From a virus: a stretch of 64,000 nt of DNA. The stretch spans positions 19,914-83,913 of IMG/VR virus record IMGVR_UViG_3300029775_000166; one strand, 5' to 3'. Of the stretch, positions 20,605 to 30,398 are shown one piece after another (positions within the stretch are counted from its first letter, which is position 1; each line of letters starts with the position of its first letter). The notes below the pieces were generated by a model. The model searched no databases. It had not been told where the DNA came from and saw only the letters and a list, made by a program, of their open reading frames with translations. The position numbers and the translations under genes were made by a program.

Positions 20605-21495
20605 TTATTTAGCATAATATAGCTCTAAAGCTTTTTTGATAATTTCTTTGGCATTTTTAATATCATTACTAGGTATATATTGCTTTAAATCAATTAGTGA
20701 TATTTTGATAGATGGTAACGATTTGTTTAATTCGTTATTAAAATTGTCTATTACAGTTTTGACATTGATGTTTTCATTGTTTTTTAAAGATAAAGCTTTT
20801 AAGTGTTCTGCTAATTTAATTGGTATACAATAATGCTGTTCATTAATTAAAGAGCTTAATTGCTTTTGTTCGTCAGATTTTAGAAATGATAACGGTACTC
20901 CGGATCTAAACGGTATAGTATTTGTATCTACAAATTCAAGTAATTCATCATTCAAATAGTTGAGCCTTAGATAGTTTCGAATATTTCTTTCTGATAGCTT
21001 ATACTCTGTTTTTAACTTTTGGCACAATGTTCCGAAAGTTCCATTATCTGAATCATCGTTGCCTAAATCAGTACGTTTGCCCTGTTGTTTACTTGATCGT
21101 TGCCTTAATAGTAAGGCTTTAGCTAATTCCGATGGGAGCATATCATCAATACTACGGTTGAACAAATTAGAATCAACCATAATTAACATAGCTTCATTTT
21201 CTGTAATATCTGTTAGTATAACAGATTTAATCTTTTCATAACCAAGTTGTTTATATGCATCAACTCTATTAGCACCGCAAATAATTTTATAGCATCCTCT
21301 ATTTTCAGATGGCATTACTACTATTGGTGAAATTAATCTTTCTTTTACGCTCTCTATAAGTCGTACTTTTTTCTCTCCACTATAAATCTTAAATGGTGAG
21401 TTTTCTATACGTTCAAGTTTGTTTATAGGTAGTTCAACAATAACTTCTTCATTTTTGTTATTTAACAATAATTTATTTAGTCTATCAGTTGCCAT
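20605..21495 (-). CDS. parB: ParB/Spo0J-family partition protein
   Basis: IICGANRVDAY, DSNL..R, HTH LSERNIRNYLRL. Confidence 0.85.
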   Translation of the reverse strand: MATDRLNKLLLNNKNEEVIVELPINKLERIENSPFKIYSGEKKVRLIESVKERLISPIVVMPSENRGCYKIICGANRVDAYKQLGYEKIKSVILTDITENEAMLIMVDSNLFNRSIDDMLPSELAKALLLRQRSSKQQGKRTDLGNDDSDNGTFGTLCQKLKTEYKLSERNIRNYLRLNYLNDELLEFVDTNTIPFRSGVPLSFLKSDEQKQLSSLINEQHYCIPIKLAEHLKALSLKNNENINVKTVIDNFNNELNKSLPSIKISLIDLKQYIPSNDIKNAKEIIKKALELYYAK

Positions 21496-22277
21496 TCCAT
21501 ACTCAGCTCCTTTGCAAAGTTCTGATATGCTATTGAACCCGCATCATTCTTTTTATATTCTATTACAGTCATACCGTTTTTTGGTGCTTCAGCTACTTTC
21601 GTAGCCAATGGTATAATAGTATCAAATACAGTAAAAAATTCACCAAAATCCTCTTTAATAGTATGAATAGTATCCTTACAGTTTCTTGTATTCTTTTGTG
21701 ATTTTGTAATGAGAATACCATCAATTTTTAGTTTTGGATTTAAACGCTTTTGAACTGCTTTTACATTGTAAAGAATTAGCTGTAACCCATTTGAAGATAG
21801 GTAATGCGGTTCTGTTGGTATTATAATACTGTTAGCAGCTACTAAGGCATTAATTGTATAAATACCCCAACTAGACATGCAATCAATAAGTATATAATCA
21901 TAATCATTTTCTATTATCTTTAGAATATCAGTTAGTACGTATTCTCCATCTGTTAATGATCTAAGTACGTATTCATAATCTCCTAGCATACGATTAGACG
22001 GATATAGGTCTATATTATTGACTTTTAGTATTGAATTTCGTATTAAGTTCTCGTCAATATTATGATGGTTGGCAAACATTCGTATAGCATCTGTTAATGT
22101 AGTGTCTAGCTCTTCTGGTGTTGAAAAGCCTAGCGAAACTGTTAAATGATTTTGTGGATCAAAGTCAATGACTAAAGTTTTAAAACCTAACTCTGCTAAA
22201 GCATATGCTGTATTAGCAACCGTTGTAGTTTTACCAACTCCACCCTTTTCATTAGCTACTGCTATTATTTTAGCCAC
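21477..22277 (-). CDS. parA: ParA/Soj ATPase
   Basis: KGGVGKTTT deviant Walker A; IDFDPQ; YDYILID. Confidence 0.92.
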   Translation of the reverse strand: MAKIIAVANEKGGVGKTTTVANTAYALAELGFKTLVIDFDPQNHLTVSLGFSTPEELDTTLTDAIRMFANHHNIDENLIRNSILKVNNIDLYPSNRMLGDYEYVLRSLTDGEYVLTDILKIIENDYDYILIDCMSSWGIYTINALVAANSIIIPTEPHYLSSNGLQLILYNVKAVQKRLNPKLKIDGILITKSQKNTRNCKDTIHTIKEDFGEFFTVFDTIIPLATKVAEAPKNGMTVIEYKKNDAGSIAYQNFAKELSMEWQLID

Positions 22278-22297
22278 ATCAATACATCTCCTTTCAG

Positions 22298-22353
22298 TTC
22301 AGACTATGACTCATTTTATTCATGTTATGACTATTTCTGTTCATACTATGACT
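22298..22353. repeat. Three TTCAnnnTATGACT repeats phased at 21 bp (candidate parS/operator)
   Basis: Copies at 22298, 22319, 22340; the third overlaps the parA -10 (TTGACA 22380-18-TATAGT 22351 on minus). Confidence 0.6.
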
Positions 22354-22454
22354 ATACCATTCAAAGTATATATCTGTCAACTATAAGTTTGAGATATTTT
22401 AAATTTATAGACTTTTAATAAATTGTTATGTATAATCAATATGAGGAGTGATTA

Positions 22455-22664
22455 ATGATGGCTGTTAATTATAATAGATTATGGAAGTTATTAATTGATA
22501 AAGATATGACAAAGAGCGATTTAATTGAGTTATGTGGATTACCTTCTGGCACTATGACAAAGCTGAGAAATAATGTGCCGATACATTTAAAGGTAATAGA
22601 ACGAATATGTATTAAGTTAGATTGCAATATTGAAGATGTAATTGAGATAGTAAAGGAAGAGTAA
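22455..22664 (+). CDS. Cro/C1-type (XRE) HTH regulator
   Basis: VNYNRLWKLLIDKDMTKSDL...IERICIKLDCNIEDVIE. Confidence 0.85.
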   Translation: MMAVNYNRLWKLLIDKDMTKSDLIELCGLPSGTMTKLRNNVPIHLKVIERICIKLDCNIEDVIEIVKEE

Positions 22665-22667
22665 AAG

Positions 22668-22703
22668 AAAAGAGACAAGTTTTTTAATGGCTTGTCTCTT
22701 TTT
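22668..22703. terminator. Bidirectional terminator
   Basis: AAAAGAGACAAG/CTTGTCTCTTTT. Confidence 0.7.
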
Positions 22704-22983
22704 ATTATGACATGTGAGATGTGAGAATGGATATTATAATTTGCATCGAAAAACCAAATCCGGTACTTACAAAGATAGTCCCCCACTTGAGCTTAATGTT
22801 ACTAAACTTGAAGCAAGATATACGGATTAAATTTTGATTTCTGTTTTAAAATAACATTCAAAAAAGAGATATATTCTTCTATTCCACATGAGTTGAAGAT
22901 TCTTATACCAAGAGAAGGTTTAATTGCTTTCTTTATTGATGGGTATTTCGATACCATACATGGGAGTGGTGTCAGAATACCCA

Positions 22984-24585
22984 TCAAATATTCCACTTTA
23001 TATCTATTTTTAATTCTCCATTTTCATTTGCTTCATGAATATAAATACATTCAATAAAATCATTAACAATTTCAAATGTTAATTTTTCATAATTTGCGTA
23101 TTTATGAGCTGCATCCATAAAATTATTAATTTTTTTATTATCAACAGTTAACGATTTCAAGTCATTGCTTAATAATAGATTTTTATCTTTAATTTGTTGA
23201 ATCTCGATATTAATATTTTCCTTAATAGTAATAAAATCATTTTCGTCAACTATCCCGCTAACTTTATCAACATATAAACTTGATATTGATTTATTTAGAT
23301 TATCTACCTTATTTTCATTTTTCTGTAATTGTTTTTTTATACTTAATATTTTTTTATCATTTGTAGCATCTTTATTGAAATGTTTCTTTATTTCTTCAAT
23401 ATTATCACCATATTCTAGCATTGATTTAATTTGTTTTTTTATTTCTAAATCCACATATTTTTCAACTGTATTATATCTAATTGAATGTCTAGTACATTCC
23501 TTATATTTTGTTTTTTTCCCTAATTGACACATAAAATAATCATATCCACCCGCTAATCTACCACTAGTTTTTGTCATGGCAGAATTGCAATCAGCACATC
23601 TTATTTTACCGGAAAATAAATGTGGTTGGAACTTTTGTCCAGATGTTGTTTTACATGTCTTACGTCTTATTTGTAATAATTTTTGTGTTTTTTCAAATAC
23701 TTCTTTTGAAATTATTGGCTCATGATTGTTTTCTATTACTACCCATTCATCTTTTGGTGCGACAACAACTTTTTTACTCTTATAACTAACCTTTTTTTCT
23801 CTTCCTTGAATAAGTGTGCCTATATAAACTGGATTATTTAATATACGTTTAACAGTAGTATATCCCCATAATCCTTTTTTTGAATAAATTTGACTGTTTG
23901 GATTGTAAAATTTAAACCCTTGATTTTTTTTATGTTCAGTAGGTGTAGGTATTTTCATTTCACTTAATTTTTGGGATATAATATTTACACCATACCCTTG
24001 TAAACTAAGATCAAATATAAGTCTTACAACTTTGGCGGCTTCCTCATCAATAATTATTTTGTGTTTATCATTTGGATCTTTTATATATCCATACGGTGCA
24101 AAACCTCCCAAGTATTGACCAGCTTTCATTTTTTGTCTGAACGTTCTTTTAATATTTTCAGACAAATCTTCAAGATACCATTGATCGACTAATCCATTAA
24201 TCTGACTGTTTTTCTTAGTTGCTTTTATATTAGTATCAATGTTATCAACTATACTTATAAATCTTATTCCCCATTCAGCAAAACATCCATTAATGTATTT
24301 TTCAACTACTTCCATACTTCTAGCAAATCTTGCTTGAGTTTTACATAAAATAATATCAAACTTTCCAATTTCAGCATCCTTAATCATTTTTATCCACTCT
24401 GGTCTATTTGTGTCAGATCCAGCATAATCATCATCTGCATAAATATGGTATATCTGCATTTCATGAGAAATAGCGTAATCAACTAACATCATTTTTTGAT
24501 TTTGGATACTAGCACTATCATCACCTTTATTTAGCTTGTCTTGATCCTCTTTCGACAACCTTACATAAATAGCTACTTTATACAT
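22984..24585 (-). CDS. Large serine recombinase (integrase)
   Basis: YVRLS catalytic Ser, DDDYAG..RP..M, RFAR, recombinase domain, CADC..C zinc ribbon, coiled coil. Confidence 0.92.
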   Translation of the reverse strand: MYKVAIYVRLSKEDQDKLNKGDDSASIQNQKMMLVDYAISHEMQIYHIYADDDYAGSDTNRPEWIKMIKDAEIGKFDIILCKTQARFARSMEVVEKYINGCFAEWGIRFISIVDNIDTNIKATKKNSQINGLVDQWYLEDLSENIKRTFRQKMKAGQYLGGFAPYGYIKDPNDKHKIIIDEEAAKVVRLIFDLSLQGYGVNIISQKLSEMKIPTPTEHKKNQGFKFYNPNSQIYSKKGLWGYTTVKRILNNPVYIGTLIQGREKKVSYKSKKVVVAPKDEWVVIENNHEPIISKEVFEKTQKLLQIRRKTCKTTSGQKFQPHLFSGKIRCADCNSAMTKTSGRLAGGYDYFMCQLGKKTKYKECTRHSIRYNTVEKYVDLEIKKQIKSMLEYGDNIEEIKKHFNKDATNDKKILSIKKQLQKNENKVDNLNKSISSLYVDKVSGIVDENDFITIKENINIEIQQIKDKNLLLSNDLKSLTVDNKKINNFMDAAHKYANYEKLTFEIVNDFIECIYIHEANENGELKIDIKWNI

Positions 24586-24602
24586 TTGTACCTCCTATAA
24601 TT

Positions 24603-24688
24603 AAAATGGGTTAGATAAGTTTATACGACAATTATATCATTTATCTATGATACACGCAATATATAAAACCTTACCTAGCCCATTATTT
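24603..24688 (-). promoter_or_regulatory. Integrase promoter nested inside a long inverted repeat
   Basis: TTGCGT(24659)-17-TGnTATAAT(24631) between arms 24603-24622 and 24667-24688. Confidence 0.55.
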
Positions 24689-24689
24689 T

Positions 24690-24803
24690 TTATGAATTTA
24701 TGTACTTAATAAATATTTTTTTTACATTATCATATCGTTCTTTTTCATTACCACTTTTAAATATGTTATTAATAATTATCTTATATTCCTTCTTTTTTGC
24801 CAA
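24690..24803 (-). CDS. Small basic protein (37 aa) upstream of integrase
   Basis: GGAGAGG RBS, TTG start, MAKKKEYKIIINNIF...; not in ORF track. Confidence 0.45.
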   Translation of the reverse strand: MAKKKEYKIIINNIFKSGNEKERYDNVKKIFIKYINS

Positions 24804-24862
24804 TATTAACCTCTCCAATTATTTTGCTTTCTAATCATATGCATTGTCGATATATAGTATTC

Positions 24863-25303
24863 CTATATAAGATAAAAATCCATTACGTAATCAGTTAACT
24901 TAATTGTATCTGTAAAGATTTTGTCACAAAAGTTTATTAACCACGGATGAATATCCTTTTTAACATCAGATTGAATTAAACCAATAATAGGAATATCTTT
25001 ATCATAGGCAATAGCAAGTTCTGAAGCTGTACCTATTGATGTTGGGTCATTGAAATTTACTATGATTAAATCACTTGTTTTAACATGTCTTAGATCATAT
25101 TTCATTACTTCAAGTTCTGTATTATGACGTTTTTCTTCAAAATTATAATACTTAATCGGATTGATAATATCTAATTTATATTTAAAATTAAAGCTATCTT
25201 CATTGTTATGTAAAAGATCTTCTATTAATTCTCGCCATGCACATTGATCATCCCATGAGAGCGATTTCATACCTCCAGCAAGGTAAATTTTAAATTCTTT
25301 CAT
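24863..25303 (-). CDS. Nucleoside 2-deoxyribosyltransferase-like protein
   Basis: IYLAGGM..DL..V..SDLIIV...GTASELAIA. Confidence 0.8.
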   Translation of the reverse strand: MKEFKIYLAGGMKSLSWDDQCAWRELIEDLLHNNEDSFNFKYKLDIINPIKYYNFEEKRHNTELEVMKYDLRHVKTSDLIIVNFNDPTSIGTASELAIAYDKDIPIIGLIQSDVKKDIHPWLINFCDKIFTDTIKLTDYVMDFYLI

Positions 25304-25306
25304 ATA

Positions 25307-25867
25307 TTATTGACTCCTTCTATTTATTAGTTCATGTTCATAACTTAATTTAATTAATTTAGCAGTTTCTGAAGGTTCTGTATTTTCATTACTAATACAA
25401 TAATCTGTTATCAGGTCTATATTTTCAAAATCAGTTTTATCTGCTAAAAATCTTCTTCGTGCTTCTTTTGTATCATCACCACGTTCTTTTTGTCTGAGCT
25501 TAATAGTATAGTCTGATACGTCTATATAAAAAGCTATATATGGAATATTGTTTTCTTTGAGTTTTTTAATAGCGCTAGGAGTGAGTATACAGAATGTTTT
25601 ATCATCTGCATCCCTGAAACTCTCTATTGAGCTGCCATAGAACCAAATTCCATTATCCACGTCATAAAATCTTGTTTCCAAAAAGAAATTATTTAGATAT
25701 TTTACAAAGAAATCTTCTACTGTTGTAAAATGATATGTAACACCGTTTACTTCATTTGGGCGCATAGGTCTTGTGGTGTAGGTAATTATTCTTTCGTATC
25801 CTAACTTCTCTAACTCAGTAGCGACACAATCTTTGCCACTACATGATTTTCCAGTAAGTACAATCAT
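25307..25867 (-). CDS. gmk: Guanylate kinase
   Basis: GKSCSGKD P-loop; YTTRPMRPNEVNGVTYHF. Confidence 0.88.
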   Translation of the reverse strand: MIVLTGKSCSGKDCVATELEKLGYERIITYTTRPMRPNEVNGVTYHFTTVEDFFVKYLNNFFLETRFYDVDNGIWFYGSSIESFRDADDKTFCILTPSAIKKLKENNIPYIAFYIDVSDYTIKLRQKERGDDTKEARRRFLADKTDFENIDLITDYCISNENTEPSETAKLIKLSYEHELINRRSQ

Positions 25868-25868
25868 A

Positions 25869-27077
25869 TTATTTTGCCTCCACCTCTAGTGTAATTAATT
25901 CTTTTGAATATGGTAGTGAACGTACCCAATTTACAAAATCAACTGACCATTCAGTAAGTTTATGACTTCTTCTCTGAAAATACATATTACGTAAATTAGC
26001 ATAAGATAATGTAACAGTTCTTGTTTGCAACCAATTCCTCGGTAGTTTTTGAATTACAGTTTTCCATACTTCTTTATCTTTTGTTATGAGCCATTCATCC
26101 CTTAATTCATTTAATTCATCAATTGTTTTAAGAAAAGTTTCGTATTCATTCTCGTAGCCTTCACCATAATTATATTTATTATTTAATATTGAGCTAATGG
26201 TTGTATGTGATACATTATATAATTTCGCTAATTCCATTCTTGATATATCTTCTGTATTATATCGTTTAATAATTTCATCTCTCTGTTCTTTAGATAATTT
26301 CCCTTTATATGTATATATAGGTACTGGTTGTAATTTGTGGTCAACTGCATGTTGTTGATTATTGCTTCTTGTGCACCATTCTAAATTTTCTACTCTATTA
26401 TCTAATTTATTACCATTTTTATGATTAACCTCAGGGAGATTTAATGGATTAGGAATAAATGTGATTGCAACTAATCTATGCACCCTTTTGTCTTTTTGTT
26501 TTCCGTTTTCCTTTATACCTACTTTTAAATAATTATCAGGTGTAAGAGTATTTGTTAATATTCTTTCTTTCCATATTCTATTATGTGTAGTAATTATTTG
26601 CTTTCTCTTTACCCTTCCTTGATTGCTAACAATAAAATTAGGATTTATGGGATATTCTTTCCATTCTTCTGTATCCTCATCTATTTTATTTGGTTTTTGT
26701 ATAACTTCTTTTTTATATCCTCTTATTCCGTTTAATTCAAACATGTCTGGTTGAAATGGTTTAGACATGATTTTATGCATTGTACTTGTACTATTTGCAA
26801 CAGTTCCTATTTTATACGTATCCATTTCAGACCACCAATATAACGGTGCTGTAATATCAACGCTTACAAAAATTTGGCGCATAAATTTAGAATGTTCATT
26901 ACCAGCTAAAATAAGCCTTTGGGCAAGTGCTAAATCATTTTCTCCAATGTGATAACTTGTAATTGCCCCTTTATATTTAACAGTATGGCTATCACTTTTA
27001 TGCCAACTTTCAAGTGGATTTCTCATTCCTCTAATTGCGCCGTTAAAATTAAAAACTTCTGTATTTTCAAATTTCAT
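25869..27077 (-). CDS. ThyX-like phage protein with in-frame NUMOD4-HNH endonuclease insertion (about aa 115-314)
   Basis: DITAPLYWWSEMDTY..STSTMH and RTVTLSYANL.N..FQR..HKL halves flank VHRLVA..F..VNHKNG.KLDNRVENLEW. Confidence 0.75.
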   Translation of the reverse strand: MKFENTEVFNFNGAIRGMRNPLESWHKSDSHTVKYKGAITSYHIGENDLALAQRLILAGNEHSKFMRQIFVSVDITAPLYWWSEMDTYKIGTVANSTSTMHKIMSKPFQPDMFELNGIRGYKKEVIQKPNKIDEDTEEWKEYPINPNFIVSNQGRVKRKQIITTHNRIWKERILTNTLTPDNYLKVGIKENGKQKDKRVHRLVAITFIPNPLNLPEVNHKNGNKLDNRVENLEWCTRSNNQQHAVDHKLQPVPIYTYKGKLSKEQRDEIIKRYNTEDISRMELAKLYNVSHTTISSILNNKYNYGEGYENEYETFLKTIDELNELRDEWLITKDKEVWKTVIQKLPRNWLQTRTVTLSYANLRNMYFQRRSHKLTEWSVDFVNWVRSLPYSKELITLEVEAK

Positions 27078-27145
27078 TCCAAATTACTCCTTGTAATTTA
27101 TATGTGTATTTTTAATGTATGTGTTTTTATATATATATATATTAT

Positions 27146-27349
27146 TTAATCACTAGCAAATCCTAATACATCACCTGAATCAATAATTGTACTCATTCCA
27201 TATTTTTCTGATAAGATTAAGCAATCATCTATGGTTACATCATTTTTATATAATAATATATTTATTTTATTAGATGAGTGCTTAACATTCATCAGTACTA
27301 TTAATGTAAGTACTAATAAACAAATTAATCCAATTAAAAGTAATTCCAT
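27146..27349 (-). CDS. Small membrane-anchored hypothetical protein
   Basis: N-terminal TM; in operon. Confidence 0.45.
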   Translation of the reverse strand: MELLLIGLICLLVLTLIVLMNVKHSSNKINILLYKNDVTIDDCLILSEKYGMSTIIDSGDVLGFASD

Positions 27350-27503
27350 TATGTATTATTATCCCCGCTTTCTTTTTTAACATATAATTGCGATAATTTA
27401 ATATTTTGTTCTTCTGCTTTGTATCTATTATGTAATCTTTTTTGTCTTTCTTTCTCATTTTCAAACTCTATAAATGCATCATAATTATCAGGTATGTACA
27501 CTA

Positions 27504-28277
27504 TCATCCTTCTTCTTTCTCTATATAGAATGAATGTCCTACATCATCTTTGAATAAGAATATTAATTTATTATTAATCCATCTTTTATTTTTACCAGAG
27601 ATATCACGAATATTAAAGAAGTAAAGTGCCGGTGTAGTAGTTCCATTATCAACTATTTCTTTTACAGCTTTTTTAGTATTATCCGTAACTTTTACAGAAT
27701 AATATCTACCGTCTGCAATTGGTGAAAACTGATATATTCCACCAGTCTTTTGGAATACTACATCTTTAATAGTATCTGGAAAGGATTCGCTTTCAACTCG
27801 ATTAATTATTACGCTTGCTACATTACATTTTGCATCAATGCTACCGCCTGTTACTTCTGCTTCTACTATTTTCTCTAATATGTTTATCTCATTATTGGTA
27901 AATTGAAATACAGGTTCTTTTTTCTTAGTATTTTCTTTATTATTTTTCTTATTTTTACCTTTTATTGATTTGTCTTTTACATCTGTATTACTATTACAAT
28001 CAGTATCATCATTTTTATTTGCCGTTAGTTCTTCTAAAGATAATGAAAACATACCAATTTGTGTACTTATTAAAGGTTCCACTATAGGCTTCTTATATTT
28101 AATATTTTCATGTATGACATCAAATCTTCTATATTCATCTTCCATTAATACTTTTGTTTCACTTGATACAGAAGATTGATGCTGATCTACTGTTGGGTTA
28201 TACAAGTGAAGCGGATGAATTAAGGTACTCAGTAAAAAGATAATTACTGGAATACCTAAAATCCTTAGCTTTCTCAT
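27504..28277 (-). CDS. Cell wall hydrolase, SleB/Hydrolase_2 family
   Basis: IVEAE..G..VASVIINRV..FPDTI..V..Q..QFSP; N-terminal signal/TM. Confidence 0.85.
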   Translation of the reverse strand: MRKLRILGIPVIIFLLSTLIHPLHLYNPTVDQHQSSVSSETKVLMEDEYRRFDVIHENIKYKKPIVEPLISTQIGMFSLSLEELTANKNDDTDCNSNTDVKDKSIKGKNKKNNKENTKKKEPVFQFTNNEINILEKIVEAEVTGGSIDAKCNVASVIINRVESESFPDTIKDVVFQKTGGIYQFSPIADGRYYSVKVTDNTKKAVKEIVDNGTTTPALYFFNIRDISGKNKRWINNKLIFLFKDDVGHSFYIEKEEG

Positions 28278-28334
28278 ATGAATCTCCTTATGTTATAATT
28301 AGCTTTTGTATTAAAGTTTCATTTGTATTTAATG

Positions 28335-29009
28335 TTATTCTTCTTTCTGTAGTAATCTCTTTTCTGCAATATTATAATATGTTGTGTCTATTTCTATTCC
28401 CATAAAGTTTCTATTCAATTCAGTGGCAGCGACTCCGGTTGAGCCACTACCCATAAATGGATCTAACACTATATCTTCTGGTTCACTTGAATTACTAATT
28501 AAGATTTTCATTAGTTCAATTGGTTTTTCTGTGGGATGCGTTTTATTTCTTGGATTATCAATAGATAACACACTTCTTGTACCACAATTATTAATGCGTT
28601 TAGCCTTCCCTTTACGACAGAAGATAATATACTCATGACTATCCATATAATACATATTAGTGATCGCATTATTTTTAGCCCAAATAAGTGTTTTATATAT
28701 ACTAAACCCAGCATCTTCTATGGCTATTAGCATATCTTTAAGATTTTTATTATTTGTCATTATGTATGCATGACCGCTATTTTTTAAAACTCTATACAAA
28801 ACCGGTAACCATTCATTGAATTCAATGTCATTATGTTTGAAAACCTTTCCTTTTTTATTTAATTCTTCTTTTAAAATACCACCTGTTCCACCACTACAAC
28901 CTCTTGATGTTGTATTATAAGGTGGATCTGTTACTATTAAATCTATTGAGTCATTTGGTATATTTTTTAGTGTATCTAAGCAATCATTGTTGTATAGTTT
29001 AACTTGTAT
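28335..29009 (-). CDS. DNA methyltransferase (N4/N6, beta class); ATA start
   Basis: Frame open upstream of the listed ORF through DLIVTDPPY to ATA 8 nt after AAAGGAG; HPTEKP; VLDPFMGSGSTG. Confidence 0.88.
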   Translation of the reverse strand: MQVKLYNNDCLDTLKNIPNDSIDLIVTDPPYNTTSRGCSGGTGGILKEELNKKGKVFKHNDIEFNEWLPVLYRVLKNSGHAYIMTNNKNLKDMLIAIEDAGFSIYKTLIWAKNNAITNMYYMDSHEYIIFCRKGKAKRINNCGTRSVLSIDNPRNKTHPTEKPIELMKILISNSSEPEDIVLDPFMGSGSTGVAATELNRNFMGIEIDTTYYNIAEKRLLQKEE

Positions 29010-29014
29010 TTTTA

Positions 29015-29317
29015 TTACTCCTTTCCGTACACCTTGCTGTCGGGAACTACACGATATGCAAATTCATATTTTTGAACTTCAAACTTTTCTGGATCTAAAC
29101 CGTAATACTTGATATCATCTATAGCTAACTCAGGATCTAAGTAAAAGTAAGTCTCGTAAATGTTCATAGTGGTTAGCATTTTCTTTCCGAAATCATCATA
29201 TTCGTCATAGATAATTCTGTTTCTTTTATCTACTGGAAATTTCTTAAATTCATCTTTTGTTTGAATTACATAATATTCTTCTTTATAATCTTCACCAAAC
29301 ATCATAATTTCCTCCAT
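29015..29317 (-). CDS. Hypothetical phage protein
   Basis: GGAGG RBS, co-oriented. Confidence 0.5.
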   Translation of the reverse strand: MEEIMMFGEDYKEEYYVIQTKDEFKKFPVDKRNRIIYDEYDDFGKKMLTTMNIYETYFYLDPELAIDDIKYYGLDPEKFEVQKYEFAYRVVPDSKVYGKE

Positions 29318-29398
29318 ATTACTATTTATTTGTTGTAAGTTATACTTTATTATTACATTAGGAAGTGATTATTTTTAATAGAATTAGAGTTTCATCTT

Positions 29399-29632
29399 TT
29401 AGTTTTTCTTGTCAATTTCAATTCCATTAACATTGTAATCATAATCTTTTTCAGCAGATGCTATTTCTACGTTTCCAATACTTTTTATTGTTGAAATAGC
29501 ATCGTTAAAATCTTCGAGTCTGTCACATTCCAATGCTTCAACAATGTCATCTAATATTTCTTCATTAGAAATTTCAACATCTATTGCGTGTGTAATTTCA
29601 ACTTCTTCTGTCAATAAAATTCTTTTTTTCAT
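29399..29632 (-). CDS. Hypothetical acidic protein
   Basis: RBS, co-oriented. Confidence 0.5.
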   Translation of the reverse strand: MKKRILLTEEVEITHAIDVEISNEEILDDIVEALECDRLEDFNDAISTIKSIGNVEIASAEKDYDYNVNGIEIDKKN

Positions 29633-29653
29633 TATCTCTCCACCTCTCTAACA

Positions 29654-29932
29654 TTAAAATTTATTTTGTAACATTTCCTCAATCTCTGTAAATTCTATAT
29701 CGTAGTCAAATGAACATGCCGAGATAATACTGATTCCGTTGTATGTATTGAGGATTAAATCATCATTATAAGCCTTGTTATAATATTCTAACTTTTGATC
29801 AAAATTATATGCCGGATTAATAATTATTTCTATTCCTTGATTTCCCTTTGTTTTAATTGCCACTGCCACAAAATCGTTAGTATATTTTTTTGCATTATTA
29901 AAAACTTGAATTAGTTGTTCCTTCTTTGTCAT
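29654..29932 (-). CDS. Hypothetical phage protein
   Basis: Start MTKKEQL after GGAG; NFDQKLEYYNKAYNDDL. Confidence 0.55.
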   Translation of the reverse strand: MTKKEQLIQVFNNAKKYTNDFVAVAIKTKGNQGIEIIINPAYNFDQKLEYYNKAYNDDLILNTYNGISIISACSFDYDIEFTEIEEMLQNKF

Positions 29933-30398
29933 AATAAAATCTCCTTTATTTACTTTAACTTTTAGATTTCTTTGATTTATTTTCACTTTTTGGTTTTGAC
30001 TCATACTTAATTACTTTGTCCAATTGTTTTTTATAATGTTCTATATTTTTTGTGAACTTTTTTACTTTAATGCTATCATTGTTTTCTTCCGCTTCATTTA
30101 GCTGTTTAATATTGTAATCAATTTTTGCATTGAGAATTGTTTTGTTTTCCAACTTGAATACCCCCTTGTGTACTTCATTTTCTATCCAAAGTATAAATTG
30201 AAGAATTATTTACCTATAAACACCTCGAATTTTTGCTAATATTTCCTCTCGCCTCTTACTAGTACTACCAACGTTTTTAGTTTCTTCTAGTAATTGAAAA
30301 AATCTTTTTTTCGCTCATTTAATGGAACCGCATAAAGACTCTTTGGATTATTATATTCCGATTTTTCATTATAATTGTTCTTCTTACTCATATTAATA

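Noticed and set aside
26140-26735. Intein or group I intron explanation for the HNH insert
   Set aside because: No splicing-domain residues or intron core visible; kept as a non-splicing insertion finding
30210-30390. Small minus-strand ORF apparently broken by a frameshift (MSKKNNY..)
   Set aside because: No recognisable family; could be two unrelated short frames
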